Source of the DNA: Candidatus Marinacidobacterales bacterium
GTDB lineage: Bacteria; Acidobacteriota; Vicinamibacteria; Marinacidobacterales; DATDRI01
Assembly (NCBI GenBank): GCA_965226495.1
Contig: OZ245365.1
Location: forward strand, 1,472,001 to 1,536,000
Length of the DNA: 64,000 nucleotides
Direction of reading: 5' to 3'
The notes below the pieces were generated by a model, which was given only the letters and a program-made list of their open reading frames with translations, did not search any database and had not been told where the DNA came from. Below, one piece after another: positions 47,654 to 57,732 of the stretch (positions are counted from its first letter, which is position 1; each line of letters starts with the position of its first letter). Both the position numbers and the translations under genes were made by a program.

Positions 47654-48451
47654 CTACTCCGGCTCGCAGGCTTTTTTCGCCCGATGTTGTAGCTCTTCGA
47701 AACTCGCATCGCTTGTCGGTCCGAGTCGCAGCGAGAGAAAAAACTCGCGATTACCTTCAACACCCCGAAGGCGAGAGGCGGCCAAGTCCTCGACTGCCAG
47801 CCCACAGCGTCGCGCCGCCTCGATGACCTGGGTGATGGCGCGAAGATGTTTGTCTGGGTCTCGCACGACACCGCCAGACTCCACGTCTTCCCTCGTGAGC
47901 TCGAACTGCGGCTTGACCAAAGCAAGTATCCGCTTGTTCTCATGTACCAGCTTTCTCACGGCGGGAAGGATCTTGGCGAGTGATATGAACGCGACATCGA
48001 CGGTTATGAGATCGAAACGGTCGGGAAAATCCCTTGGTTCGATGTTACGGGCGTTGACGCCTTCCATCAGCCTGACTCGGGAATCGGTACGTAGCTTCCA
48101 GTCGAGCTGGGCCTTGCCGACGTCCAACGCGGTGACGTGGGCGGCACCTTGTTGAAGGAGACAGTCGGTGAAACCCCCGGTGGAGGCGCCAACGTCGAGA
48201 GCGCGCAGGCCGGATACGTCCAACCTCAGGTCGGTGAGGGCTCCCGCCAGTTTTTCACCTCCTCGGCCCACGTAGGGCGAGGGCGGGTGGCGGAGTCGCA
48301 TGGTCGCGTCTCGCTCGACTAGCGTCCCGGGTTTGGCCACCGGAGAGTCGTTTACCAAGACCTCTCCAGCCAGAACTAGCCTCCTTGCCTTTTCCCGTGT
48401 GGGAGCTAGTCCCTGTTCGACGACTAGCCTGTCGATTCGTAGTTTTGGCAT
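47654..48451 (-). CDS. tlyA: TlyA rRNA 2'-O-methyltransferase
   Basis: S4 domain RIDRL, GRGGEKL, DVGASTGGFTD, LVKPQFE, GNREF. Confidence 0.93.
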   Translation of the reverse strand: MPKLRIDRLVVEQGLAPTREKARRLVLAGEVLVNDSPVAKPGTLVERDATMRLRHPPSPYVGRGGEKLAGALTDLRLDVSGLRALDVGASTGGFTDCLLQQGAAHVTALDVGKAQLDWKLRTDSRVRLMEGVNARNIEPRDFPDRFDLITVDVAFISLAKILPAVRKLVHENKRILALVKPQFELTREDVESGGVVRDPDKHLRAITQVIEAARRCGLAVEDLAASRLRGVEGNREFFLSLRLGPTSDASFEELQHRAKKACEPE

Positions 48452-48479
48452 AAATTAGTGCGCGAGATGTTGCAACATG

Positions 48480-49385
48480 CTACGAGCTGCGATCGACGAT
48501 GCGCCGGGCCAAGCAGACGAGGGGTTCACCCGCCGGACCGAATGGAGCTACCAGGTCGCTCGCTTGCTGCGCCAACGCCCTCGCGCGGGAACGAGCATTT
48601 TCGATCCCGTGCACGCCCGGATAGGTTGCCTTGCCGGCCTTCAGATCCTTTCCTGCCGACTTGCCCAGTGTCGCCGCGTCCCCTTCGACGTCCAAAAGGT
48701 CATCCACGATTTGAAAGGCGAGCCCGACTTCTCGACCGAAGCGGCCCAGCGTCTCGATCTGGTCGTCCTCTCCGCCGCCCATGACCGCACCGAGCCGAGC
48801 CGCAACCTCCATGAGAGCGCCCGTCTTTTTTTGGTGGATCTGGTCGAGGGTCTCTTCATCGACTCCTTGGCCTTCAGATTCTAGGTCTATCACCTGCCCG
48901 CCGATCATTCCATTCATTCCGGCAGCCTCGGCAAGAAGCGAGACGGCCTGCAACCGCCTCTCTCCTTCAGACGTTCCCGGAGTACCGTTGGTGCTGGCAG
49001 CCGTAGCCAATACGTGAAAGGCGTGGGTTAGCAACGCATCGCCAGCGAGGATGGCGATCGCTTCTCCGAAAACGACGTGTGATGTCGGCTTCCCACGTCG
49101 AAGGTCGTCATTGTCCATCGCGGGCAGGTCATCATGGATGAGTGAGTATGTGTGGATCATCTCGAGCGCCGCCGCGGCGGGAAGCGCATCCTCTCCGCGA
49201 CCACCGACCGCTTCGGCGGAGGCCAGTGCCAAGACCGGGCGCAGGCGTTTCCCGCCCGCGAACAGGCTGTAGCGGATAGCGCGGTGGATACTGGGTGGAA
49301 AGGCGTCCTCGGTCGGTAAGTTACGATCGAGAAACGATTCGACCTCTCTCGCCCGCTCCGCCAGATACCGATCGAAGTCGAGCAC
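48480..49385 (-). CDS. ispA: Polyprenyl (farnesyl) diphosphate synthase
   Basis: GGKRLRP, HDDLPAMDNDDLRRGKP, FQIVDDLLD. Confidence 0.93.
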   Translation of the reverse strand: MLDFDRYLAERAREVESFLDRNLPTEDAFPPSIHRAIRYSLFAGGKRLRPVLALASAEAVGGRGEDALPAAAALEMIHTYSLIHDDLPAMDNDDLRRGKPTSHVVFGEAIAILAGDALLTHAFHVLATAASTNGTPGTSEGERRLQAVSLLAEAAGMNGMIGGQVIDLESEGQGVDEETLDQIHQKKTGALMEVAARLGAVMGGGEDDQIETLGRFGREVGLAFQIVDDLLDVEGDAATLGKSAGKDLKAGKATYPGVHGIENARSRARALAQQASDLVAPFGPAGEPLVCLARRIVDRSS

Positions 49386-49390
49386 GTTGG

Positions 49391-49654
49391 CTACTCTTTG
49401 TCGTCGAATTCGAGCGGCGTTTGTCGAATGTTTCCTTCCGCGTCTTGGACGGGCTCGCCGCTTTCGTTTTTCTGCAGCATCTCTATCCGTGCTTCGGCTT
49501 CGTTCAGCTTCGCGTTGCAGAAGCGTGCCAAACGCACGCCCTGCTCGTATCGCTCCAAGGACTTCTCGAGGCTGAGCTCGCCTTCCTCCAGGTCCTTGAC
49601 GATCTCTTCGAGCTTCTTGAGGGCGGTCTCGAAATCTTTAGGTTTCACTGTCAT
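49391..49654 (-). CDS. xseB: Exodeoxyribonuclease VII small subunit
   Basis: FETALKKLEEIVKDLEEGELSLEKSLERYEQG. Confidence 0.93.
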   Translation of the reverse strand: MTVKPKDFETALKKLEEIVKDLEEGELSLEKSLERYEQGVRLARFCNAKLNEAEARIEMLQKNESGEPVQDAEGNIRQTPLEFDDKE

Positions 49655-51021
49655 TGAAGAAGACTCTCCGGGGTCGGACGGCTTCTCTCGACCCGACAAT
49701 CGAGCTCACCTTGTTCGAGGGTGACGCGCACCGCGTCACCCGGCTCCACTCCGCTCGCCTCCCGGAGCAAATTTCCGGCTTCGTCCCAAGTCAGGCTGTA
49801 GCCCCGCCCCAAAACTGCCAAAGGTGACAAGGCTTCGAGTTGGGCGGTCGAACGAGCGAGCAGTTGCCCGGCCCGGCTCAGCCGTTCGCGTTGGGCCGAG
49901 AGCAGCAACGAGCTTAAGTGAGCGAGTTTGGTTCGGGATTGACTCACTTGACGATCCAACTTGAAAGCCTCGAGTTGGCGGGTCAAGCTGTCGAGCTGCG
50001 CTTTTCGATTCTGGACGAAGCGATCGATACAAGCTTGAGTGCGGAAGGTGATCTCGTCAAGACGTTGAGAACCGGACTGGACGGCGTGCCGGACCGCTAA
50101 GAAGGCCTGGTGCGCCGCGAGTCGCTCGACACTGCTGCGAAGCCGGCTCATTCGATGCAAGAGGCTCTGGTCGGCACGTTGTGCGAGTCGTCCGACCTGC
50201 TCTAGAAAGTCTTCTTTTCGAGAAACGACGATTTCGGCCGCTGCGGAAGGCGTCGCGGCTCTCACATCGGCGACGAAGTCCGCTATGGTGAAGTCCACTT
50301 CGTGCCCCACGGCGCTGATCACGGGAATCGCCGACGCAGCGATTGCCCGGGCCACCGGTTCCTCGTTGAACGGCCAAAGGTCCTCGATCGAGCCGCCGCC
50401 GCGACCGATGATGAGGGCGTCGAATCCGCCGATGCGGTTGAGCACTTGTATGCCCTTCGTGATCTCGGCCGCCGCAAGATCTCCCTGCACCTGTGCAGGG
50501 TAGAGCAGGACCTCGATATTGGGGTAACGGCGATGAAGGATGCGACAGATGTCCCGAATAGCAGCGCCAGTGGGGGATGTGACGACACCGATCTTTTGTG
50601 GAAGAAGAGGAAGTGTCCGTTTTCGTTCCGGGGCGAAGAGACCCTCTTTGGCCAACTTTTCCTTGAGCTGCTCGAAGGCGAGCTGCAGGGCCCCTTTCCC
50701 TCGAGGTTCCATCCAGTCGACTTGGAGTTGATAGGACCCGCGAGGTTCGTAGAGCGTGATGTGCCCCCGCGCGAGGACTGCCATGCCGTCGGCCGGTCGA
50801 AACTTGAGAAACCGCTGGGCACTACGAAACATGACGCCGGAGAGTTGGGTGCGAGCGTCCCTGAGAGTGAAGTACAGGTGGCCCGAGGAGGGCTGCTTGA
50901 AGTTGCTGAGCTCTCCTACCACCCAAATGTCGTAGAACTCTCCCTCCAAATGAAGCTTGATTTCTCGCGTCAGTTGGCTGACCGAGTAGATCCTGCTTTG
51001 TTCGGTGGGCTGCGGCTTCAT
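49651..51021 (-). CDS. xseA: Exodeoxyribonuclease VII large subunit
   Basis: SGHLYFTL, TSPTGAA, RGGGSIEDLW, SAVGHEVD, TPSAAA. Confidence 0.95.
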   Translation of the reverse strand: MKPQPTEQSRIYSVSQLTREIKLHLEGEFYDIWVVGELSNFKQPSSGHLYFTLRDARTQLSGVMFRSAQRFLKFRPADGMAVLARGHITLYEPRGSYQLQVDWMEPRGKGALQLAFEQLKEKLAKEGLFAPERKRTLPLLPQKIGVVTSPTGAAIRDICRILHRRYPNIEVLLYPAQVQGDLAAAEITKGIQVLNRIGGFDALIIGRGGGSIEDLWPFNEEPVARAIAASAIPVISAVGHEVDFTIADFVADVRAATPSAAAEIVVSRKEDFLEQVGRLAQRADQSLLHRMSRLRSSVERLAAHQAFLAVRHAVQSGSQRLDEITFRTQACIDRFVQNRKAQLDSLTRQLEAFKLDRQVSQSRTKLAHLSSLLLSAQRERLSRAGQLLARSTAQLEALSPLAVLGRGYSLTWDEAGNLLREASGVEPGDAVRVTLEQGELDCRVERSRPTPESLLQ

Positions 51022-51215
51022 CGTACCTAAGACTATACATTAGACGGGATTAACGCGACATCCAGGATATGGACTGTGGGCACTTTCCGATGCCGCGACC
51101 GAATGGGTGGTCGCCACGCATCGAGGTGGATTTGGGGCGTCAAAATGCCTCGTTGCTAATACTCCAGGTGGAAAGCAGGCATCAAAAGGGCGAGATGCCC
51201 GTCAGACGGCGGTCT

Positions 51216-52007
51216 CTATGCGAGGTCTTGTTCGGTTACACGGGTGCGGGCGATGGAGCGGGCCTTGCCGGTCGATTCGTCGATGTCAACCACCACCGCA
51301 TTCAGCCACGGGTTTTTCGTGGCGGTCTCGAACTTGGACGGTATGCCTTTGAGAAAGCGAGCTAGAGAGGGTTCGCGTTCGATCCCGATGACCGAGTCGA
51401 AGGGGCCACACATCCCGACGTCGGTGATGTACGCAGTTCCTCCGGGAAGCACTCGCTCATCCGCAGTAGGGATGTGAGTGTGCGTTCCGACCACCGCCGA
51501 AACCTTGCCATCCAGAAACCAACCCATGGCCATTTTTTCCGACGTGGCTTCGCCGTGCATGTCCACGAAGATGACACGGGACTCCTTTGCTAAACGAGCC
51601 ACTTCCTGCTCGGCGGCCCGAAACGGGCAGTCGGTAACCGGCATGAAGACTCTACCCTGGACGTTGAGTACGGCCACCGGTGTGCCGGATGCGGTGTGGG
51701 CAACGTAGCGGCCCGTTCCTGGGGAATTCGGCGGGTAGTTGATGGGACGAATGAGTCGAGGCTCCCGGCCCAAGTAACTGATGATCTCTTTCTTGTCCCA
51801 GATGTGGTTTCCCGAAGTGAGCACGTCGATCCCGCTCGCAAAAAATTGGTCAGCGATATCAGGTGTGACCCCGAACCCGGCTGCTGCGTTTTCGACATTG
51901 GCAATGACCAGATCGAATTCCTGATCCTCGCGTAGCTTCTCTAGGCCCCGCTTGAGGATCTGTCTACCAGCCTTACCAACGACGTCTCCGGCGAAAAGGA
52001 TCTTCAC
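51216..52007 (-). CDS. ymdB: YmdB-family metallophosphoesterase
   Basis: GDVVG, NVENAAAG, TSGNH, DMHGEATSEK, GTHTH. Confidence 0.92.
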   Translation of the reverse strand: MKILFAGDVVGKAGRQILKRGLEKLREDQEFDLVIANVENAAAGFGVTPDIADQFFASGIDVLTSGNHIWDKKEIISYLGREPRLIRPINYPPNSPGTGRYVAHTASGTPVAVLNVQGRVFMPVTDCPFRAAEQEVARLAKESRVIFVDMHGEATSEKMAMGWFLDGKVSAVVGTHTHIPTADERVLPGGTAYITDVGMCGPFDSVIGIEREPSLARFLKGIPSKFETATKNPWLNAVVVDIDESTGKARSIARTRVTEQDLA

Positions 52008-54499
52008 GTCGCTACCGGCCGACGGGTGCGAACGGAAGGAGCGAGCTTGGGGCGAGCCGTTCGTGAGGAGCGAGAGCGTTGGCTGCCGCTGCGCTGCCCT
52101 ACCAACACGAGTTTGAGCACTTCTTCGACTTGATCAACGAGCTCGAGCTTCATATCCTTCTTGACATAGTCGGGAATGTCTTCGACCTCTTTGCGGTTGA
52201 GTCGCGGCAAGACGACCGTGTCTAGCTTGGCGCGTCGAGCCGCCAGGACCTTCTCCTTGATGCCTCCGATGGGGAGCAGGTTGCCCCGGAGGGTGATCTC
52301 TCCGGTAAGTGCCATGTTCCTGCGGACCGGCGTGTTGGTCAGAACCGACACCATCGCCACCGCGATCGTGATGCCAGCGGAGGGACCGTCCTTGGGGATC
52401 GCGCCCTCGGGTACGTGGATATGCAGATCGTGCGTGGAGAAAATTTCTTCGTCGATTTGGAACTGGCGCGCTCGCGAACGGGCGTAGGAGAGAGCCGCCT
52501 GTGCCGACTCTTTCATCACCTCTCCGAGCTTGCCGGTGAGTATCAGATTTCCTTTTCCTTTCATTGCCGTCGCCTCGACGAACAAGACGTCTCCACCAGT
52601 CGGGGTCCACGCCAGCCCGGTTGCGATACCGATCCGGTCCTTCTTGAGCATTTCGTCGGGCAGTACCTTCGGTGAGCCGAGAAAGTTGGACAGGTTCTTG
52701 GCCGTTACTTTAGTCAGCTCCTGCCTGCCTTCCGCGACCTGCTTGGCTACCTTACGGCAAACTCGGGCGACCTCGCGTTCCAAGTTTCTCAGACCCGCCT
52801 CGCGTGTGTATAGAGCGATGATCTGCCGAATGGCGGGATCGGCGATGGTCAACTCTTTTGTGGTGAGCCCGTTTTCGTCGAGCTGTTTGGGTATGAGGTG
52901 CCGTTTCGTGATTTGAAGTTTTTCCTCCTCGGTATAGCCCGACAGCTCGAGGAGCTCCATTCGGTCGAGAAACGCCGGCTGGATGGGATCGAGCTGATTC
53001 GCCGTTGTGATGAACATGACGTTGGAAAGATCGAACGTCGTGCCGAGGTAGTTGTCCCGGAAGGCGTTGTTCTGCTCAGGATCGAGAACTTCCAGCAAGG
53101 CGGAGCTGGGGTCGCCACGGTAGTCGGCGCCCACTTTGTCCACCTCGTCCAGCATGAAGACCGGGTTATTGGAGCCAGCCTGCTGAATGCCCTGAATGAT
53201 TCTACCGGGCATGGAGCCGACGTAGGTGCGGCGGTGACCGCGGATTTCCGCCTCATCGCGCACGCCCCCGAGCGACACCCGATGGAACTTCCGGCCTATC
53301 GCCCGGGCGATGGAACGCCCGAGAGACGTCTTGCCCACTCCCGGGGGGCCGACGAAGCAGAGGATCGGTCCCTTCATTTTCTTCTTGAGCTTGCGGACCG
53401 CCAAATACTCCAAGATCCGCTCCTTGACCTTTTCTAGCCCGTAGTGGTCCTCGTCGAGAATCGCCTTCACCTGTTTCATGTCCAGGTTGTCTTTGGTTTC
53501 GCGACTCCAGGGAAGGGTGACCATGACCTCGAGATGGTTTCGCAACGTGGCGGTCTCGGCGGAGTCGGGGTGCATGCGCTCGAGTTTTCCGATTTGCCGG
53601 TTCACTTCGGTATAGATGTCTTTCGGCATCTTCGCCCGCCGCGCCTTGTCTCGCAGCTGGCGGACCTCCTCGGACAGTTCGTTTCCTTCGCCAAGCTCGG
53701 TTTGAATAGCCTTCAGCTGCTGCCGCAAAAAGAACTCGCGCTGCGTGCGGTCCATCTCGCCTTTGGCCTGCGAGCTGATCTGCTGCTGCATCGTTAGGAC
53801 CTCGAGCTCCTTGGTGACGAGCTCGTAGACTTTGCGCAGTCTTTCCGCGGGGTCGATCGTATCCAGCACTTCCTGGGCACCGTCGACCTTGAGGTCTAGA
53901 TTCGATACGGCTAGATCGGCCAACCGTCCGGGGTCCTCTAAGTTGGCCGCAATAACCATGACCTCGGGCGAGATGGCCTTACCGAGATTGGCGGATTTCT
54001 CGAGCGCGCCCTTGACGTTTCGCATGAGCGCCTCGAGCTCGAGGGATTCGGACTCCCACTCGGATTCTTTTACCGTAGAGAGCCGAGCTTGAAAGAAAGG
54101 GTCGGCGTGCGAGAACTCTTCGACGACCGCTCGGTGCATGCCCTGCACGAGGACGCGGATGCGCCCGTCGGGCAGCTTGAGCATGCGCATGATGACCGCC
54201 ACCGTACCCATTCGGTACAAGTCGTCGGGCTCGGGGTCTTCTTTTTCCTGATCTCTCTGGGCGAGGAGCAGGATCATGCGGTTTTCGGCTAAGGCGGAGT
54301 CGACGGCCTTGATCGATTTGTCACGGCTCACGTAGAGCGGGACGATCATGAAAGGGAAGATCACGATGTCACGCAGGGGTAACACCGGGAGCAAATCGGG
54401 GATTTGAACGAGATCCAGCTCTTGCTCTTGGAGCGGTTCCTGCTCTTCTTGGTTGTCGGGTTTCTCGGAACTGTCAGGTCGGTCTGGGTCTTCAGTCAT
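52004..54499 (-). CDS. lon: ATP-dependent Lon protease
   Basis: [27 protein letters not shown]. Confidence 0.97.
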   Translation of the reverse strand: MTEDPDRPDSSEKPDNQEEQEPLQEQELDLVQIPDLLPVLPLRDIVIFPFMIVPLYVSRDKSIKAVDSALAENRMILLLAQRDQEKEDPEPDDLYRMGTVAVIMRMLKLPDGRIRVLVQGMHRAVVEEFSHADPFFQARLSTVKESEWESESLELEALMRNVKGALEKSANLGKAISPEVMVIAANLEDPGRLADLAVSNLDLKVDGAQEVLDTIDPAERLRKVYELVTKELEVLTMQQQISSQAKGEMDRTQREFFLRQQLKAIQTELGEGNELSEEVRQLRDKARRAKMPKDIYTEVNRQIGKLERMHPDSAETATLRNHLEVMVTLPWSRETKDNLDMKQVKAILDEDHYGLEKVKERILEYLAVRKLKKKMKGPILCFVGPPGVGKTSLGRSIARAIGRKFHRVSLGGVRDEAEIRGHRRTYVGSMPGRIIQGIQQAGSNNPVFMLDEVDKVGADYRGDPSSALLEVLDPEQNNAFRDNYLGTTFDLSNVMFITTANQLDPIQPAFLDRMELLELSGYTEEEKLQITKRHLIPKQLDENGLTTKELTIADPAIRQIIALYTREAGLRNLEREVARVCRKVAKQVAEGRQELTKVTAKNLSNFLGSPKVLPDEMLKKDRIGIATGLAWTPTGGDVLFVEATAMKGKGNLILTGKLGEVMKESAQAALSYARSRARQFQIDEEIFSTHDLHIHVPEGAIPKDGPSAGITIAVAMVSVLTNTPVRRNMALTGEITLRGNLLPIGGIKEKVLAARRAKLDTVVLPRLNRKEVEDIPDYVKKDMKLELVDQVEEVLKLVLVGQRSGSQRSRSSRTARPKLAPSVRTRRPVAT

Positions 54500-54563
54500 A
54501 GTCAGATCTGCCGAGCTTCTTCACTGACATCACGGCTAGGCCAGTGAGACAGTTGGCGTTGCG

Positions 54564-55019
54564 TTAGCCTTGTTCCTTGATTTTCAGCCGAATCTTGCTG
54601 CCGCGTCGATCTTTGAGCTTGGGTATGGTTATCGTGAGCACTCCCTGGCCTAGCTCCGCGTCGGCTTTGGCAAGGTCCACCGCTTGATCGATGTAGATGG
54701 AGCGTGTGAACTTGCCAAAGCTTCTTTCCATGCACAGGTAGCCGTTGTTCCGTTGCTCGGTCTTCGGTTCTTTCTTTTCCCCGGAGACAATCAACTTGTG
54801 CCCTTGAAAAGCGGCCGTGAGGTCTCTCTTGGTCATGCCGGGAGCTTCCACCTTGATGACCAACGAGTCTTTGGTCTCGAATACGTCGAAGCTGGGAAGC
54901 CACTCGCCCAGACCTACTCCGGCTTCGCTGCGCTCGAAGTGCGTGAGCTGCTCGAAGAGCCTGCTAATCTCCTTCTGGAGCGCCGTCATCTCCGGGAAGG
55001 CGTCCCGTCTTTCAACCAT
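54564..55019 (-). CDS. Hsp20/alpha-crystallin small heat-shock protein
   Basis: DVFET, EAPGM, ERSFGKFTRSI, GVLTITIPK; promoter TTGACC-17-TAAGGT at 55056-55084. Confidence 0.92.
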   Translation of the reverse strand: MVERRDAFPEMTALQKEISRLFEQLTHFERSEAGVGLGEWLPSFDVFETKDSLVIKVEAPGMTKRDLTAAFQGHKLIVSGEKKEPKTEQRNNGYLCMERSFGKFTRSIYIDQAVDLAKADAELGQGVLTITIPKLKDRRGSKIRLKIKEQG

Positions 55020-55147
55020 GGATCCCTCTGAAAAATAATAACTTTCGAATGAACGACCTTAACACATCGGCTACAACCGGTCAAGAAACGGGAGTTTACC
55101 GCGATCGAGCGTACTTTCGATGAAGATAAAGAGGGGGCGAACCGGAA

Positions 55148-56929
55148 TCAGACGCGTCGCACGACGATCAGCGTTCGGTCGTCGGTGGGACGACCCGTTG
55201 CATAGGCATCGACTTCTTGCTGGATGGTTACCATCATCTCCGGCGCTGAGAGCTTGGCGTGGTTTTTCAACACCTCCGCTAAGCGGTCCTCACCGTATTC
55301 CTCGCCGTCTTCTCCCCAGCTTTCACTGATGCCGTCGGTGAAAACCACTAGTATGTCGCCGGGTTCGAGCGTGGTCTCGCCTTGCTCGTACGGTACGCTC
55401 TCGAACATCTCGACAACGGTGCCGCCTACTTCCAGCCGGTCGGCCTCGCCAGACTTCGCCCGATAGACAATGGGCGGTATGTGGCCTGCATTGACGTAAA
55501 GTAGTTCGCCGGTCTTGGGGTCGAGATCGCCGAGGAAGAACGTCACATATGCATGTTCTGGCGTGTTGTGGAACATCACTTGGTTGGTGTGAGACATGAT
55601 AGACGCCATGTCGTTCTCTTCCTGCTGGCATGCGGAATGAACGGTGGCCCTCAAAACCATCATCATTAGAGCTGCCCCGGCGCCTTTCCCCGAGACGTCG
55701 CCGAGCGCGAAAGCGAGGCGGCCAGAGGGCTTCGGGATGTAATCGAAGTAGTCGCCGCCGATCGTATAGCAGGGCGTATTCGTTCCCGCGATATCCCAAC
55801 CTTCGATTAGTGGAGCTTTGCTGGGAAGGAGGTTTTGCTGGATGTCGCCAGCGAGAGCGAGCTCATGCTCCATCCGCTTCTTCTCGATCATTTGCTCGAC
55901 CAGCTGGGCGTTCTCCAACTTGATTGCCGCGACGTTGGCCAAGGAAGTAAGAAGCGAGAGGTCGTCTTGAGTGAAAATGCTTTCTTGAATCAAGCGGTCG
56001 ACATAGATGAGGCCGGTGACCGCCTTGTTGTTCCAAAGTGGTACGCACATCGCGGAGCGGATACCGACGGAGACGATCGAATCTTGCGATTTGAATCTGG
56101 GGTCGCTCAGCGCGCTGCTGGTTAGGATGGAGACCTTTTCTCCAATTACTTTGTCGGCGATGGTGCGGCTGAAAGTGATCTCCTCCCTGGTTTCTTCGGG
56201 CTTGTCGGAGTTCGTGCGGACCGACTTGACTTCTAGACCGCCGCCGTCGTCCTTGGTTAACATCAACGCTCCGCGTTCCGGTTTCACGACCTTGAAGGCA
56301 AGCTCCAAGATGAAATCTAGCAGCTCGTTGACCGGTCGGTCGCTGATGAGGGCCATACTGGCTTCGCTGAGGGCGGCCAAGATCTGGTTCTGTTTGATGA
56401 TTGCGGACGAATCGGTGGAGCCCGTTTTGGGCCCCGACCGCTTGGTGGGTCCGGCGACGTTATCCCAGGTGTCCTCTTGCCCGCGGGCCTGAGCCAACAG
56501 GTGTTCGGTCGGAACCACTACGGTGCCATCGAGGTCGAGGTCACTGCTCGGGCTTTCTTCGAGCCGGACGCTGCCCGAAGGCTCCTGCATAAAGGTCAAT
56601 TGGTGATCGCCTAGGGTGATGGTGTCTTCGTCGTCGAGCCGCGCCTTGTCGGCGATACGACTACCGTTGACCAGCGTGCCATTCCGGCTCTCCAGGTCGT
56701 GGATGGAGTACGCGTCGCTTTCTTCGCGAATCTCGGCGTGGTGGCGCGACAGCCACTGGTCGGGCAAGACGAGGTCGTTACGCTTTGAGCGGCCTATTGT
56801 GAGGACCGGCTTGTTAAGGGGCACGGTAAACGGCTCCCCGTGCAGGGGACGAACCCGCAACTCGGGGAATTTTTTTGTCACCAATAAGGCTACTCTCTCG
56901 AAGGTCGGGCTATTGAGCCACGCAGTCAT
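55148..56929 (-). CDS. FHA-GAF-PP2C (SpoIIE/RsbU-like) phosphatase
   Basis: IGRS..SRHHA..SRNGT (FHA), SAMCVPL..IYVD (GAF), GGDYFD, GDVSGKG, NAGH, FTDG, DDRT. Confidence 0.92.
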   Translation of the reverse strand: MTAWLNSPTFERVALLVTKKFPELRVRPLHGEPFTVPLNKPVLTIGRSKRNDLVLPDQWLSRHHAEIREESDAYSIHDLESRNGTLVNGSRIADKARLDDEDTITLGDHQLTFMQEPSGSVRLEESPSSDLDLDGTVVVPTEHLLAQARGQEDTWDNVAGPTKRSGPKTGSTDSSAIIKQNQILAALSEASMALISDRPVNELLDFILELAFKVVKPERGALMLTKDDGGGLEVKSVRTNSDKPEETREEITFSRTIADKVIGEKVSILTSSALSDPRFKSQDSIVSVGIRSAMCVPLWNNKAVTGLIYVDRLIQESIFTQDDLSLLTSLANVAAIKLENAQLVEQMIEKKRMEHELALAGDIQQNLLPSKAPLIEGWDIAGTNTPCYTIGGDYFDYIPKPSGRLAFALGDVSGKGAGAALMMMVLRATVHSACQQEENDMASIMSHTNQVMFHNTPEHAYVTFFLGDLDPKTGELLYVNAGHIPPIVYRAKSGEADRLEVGGTVVEMFESVPYEQGETTLEPGDILVVFTDGISESWGEDGEEYGEDRLAEVLKNHAKLSAPEMMVTIQQEVDAYATGRPTDDRTLIVVRRV

Positions 56930-57267
56930 TGATTCATTGAGTCAATGAATGGCCAGAAACAATTATAAGTAACACTGGCCTTCGGTTGCTGTCAAGACGC
57001 TGCAATTCCAGATGGTTAACCCGAGTGCTCGATGGGCGTGGTGAGCCGGCGCTCGGAAGGGAGCGGCCGTCGATCAGTACAGGTGGTGCAGACCGTGGAG
57101 CAGGTGGGGGCTTACTCTCTTCCTGGCTTTAGGTTGCGGTGGGATTTTAGGGTGCGTGGATGATGAAGCGGGATAGGGAGAATGCCGAAACCTTGGCGTC
57201 CCCTATTGATGGCCATGTGTTTCCCTTAAGAATAAACCCCCGTCCTGCACGAATCTCCGCCTAGTGA

Positions 57268-57297
57268 CCCTCTCCCGGAGGGAGAGGGATTAAAGGA
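57268..57297. repeat. REP-like element CCCTCTCCC-GGA-GGGAGAGGG-ATTAAAGGA
   Basis: Third copy of the core palindrome; tail matches AATAAAGGA at 44230. Confidence 0.7.
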
Positions 57298-57732
57298 ACA
57301 AGAGTCCACTATTATCGTGCCGTGAAAAGGAGCCCAAGAGAGACCTGGCTTGGCCATCGCAGCCTCTCAGTGGAGGGCCAGCGGATGCCTCTGAGAGGGC
57401 TCAGCGTCCCACGATCGGGAGCGGCCAGTTTCTATCCGGAGGTAGGACCCCAGGTCTCCCCCGAGCTTGCCGACTTTCCACCGGCATCGCTGCCGGCAGT
57501 CGCTCAGCTTCCCTTCGCCTCACATGAGAGGCAAAGGCTGTTCCAGGAAGATCCGTCAAGTGACCCGTCACGTTTTATTGATAACAAAGGGTTTTCGCCC
57601 GCAACTTAGAGAAGGGGAGATCTGGCTCCTTTGGCATTTGGGCGTAGCCGCGCACTCCGCTGAGCCTAATGCCGCAGAATCGGGCGGGAGAGTGAAGGGG
57701 TGTTGTGGGCCGACCGCTTGGAGGGAACGACT

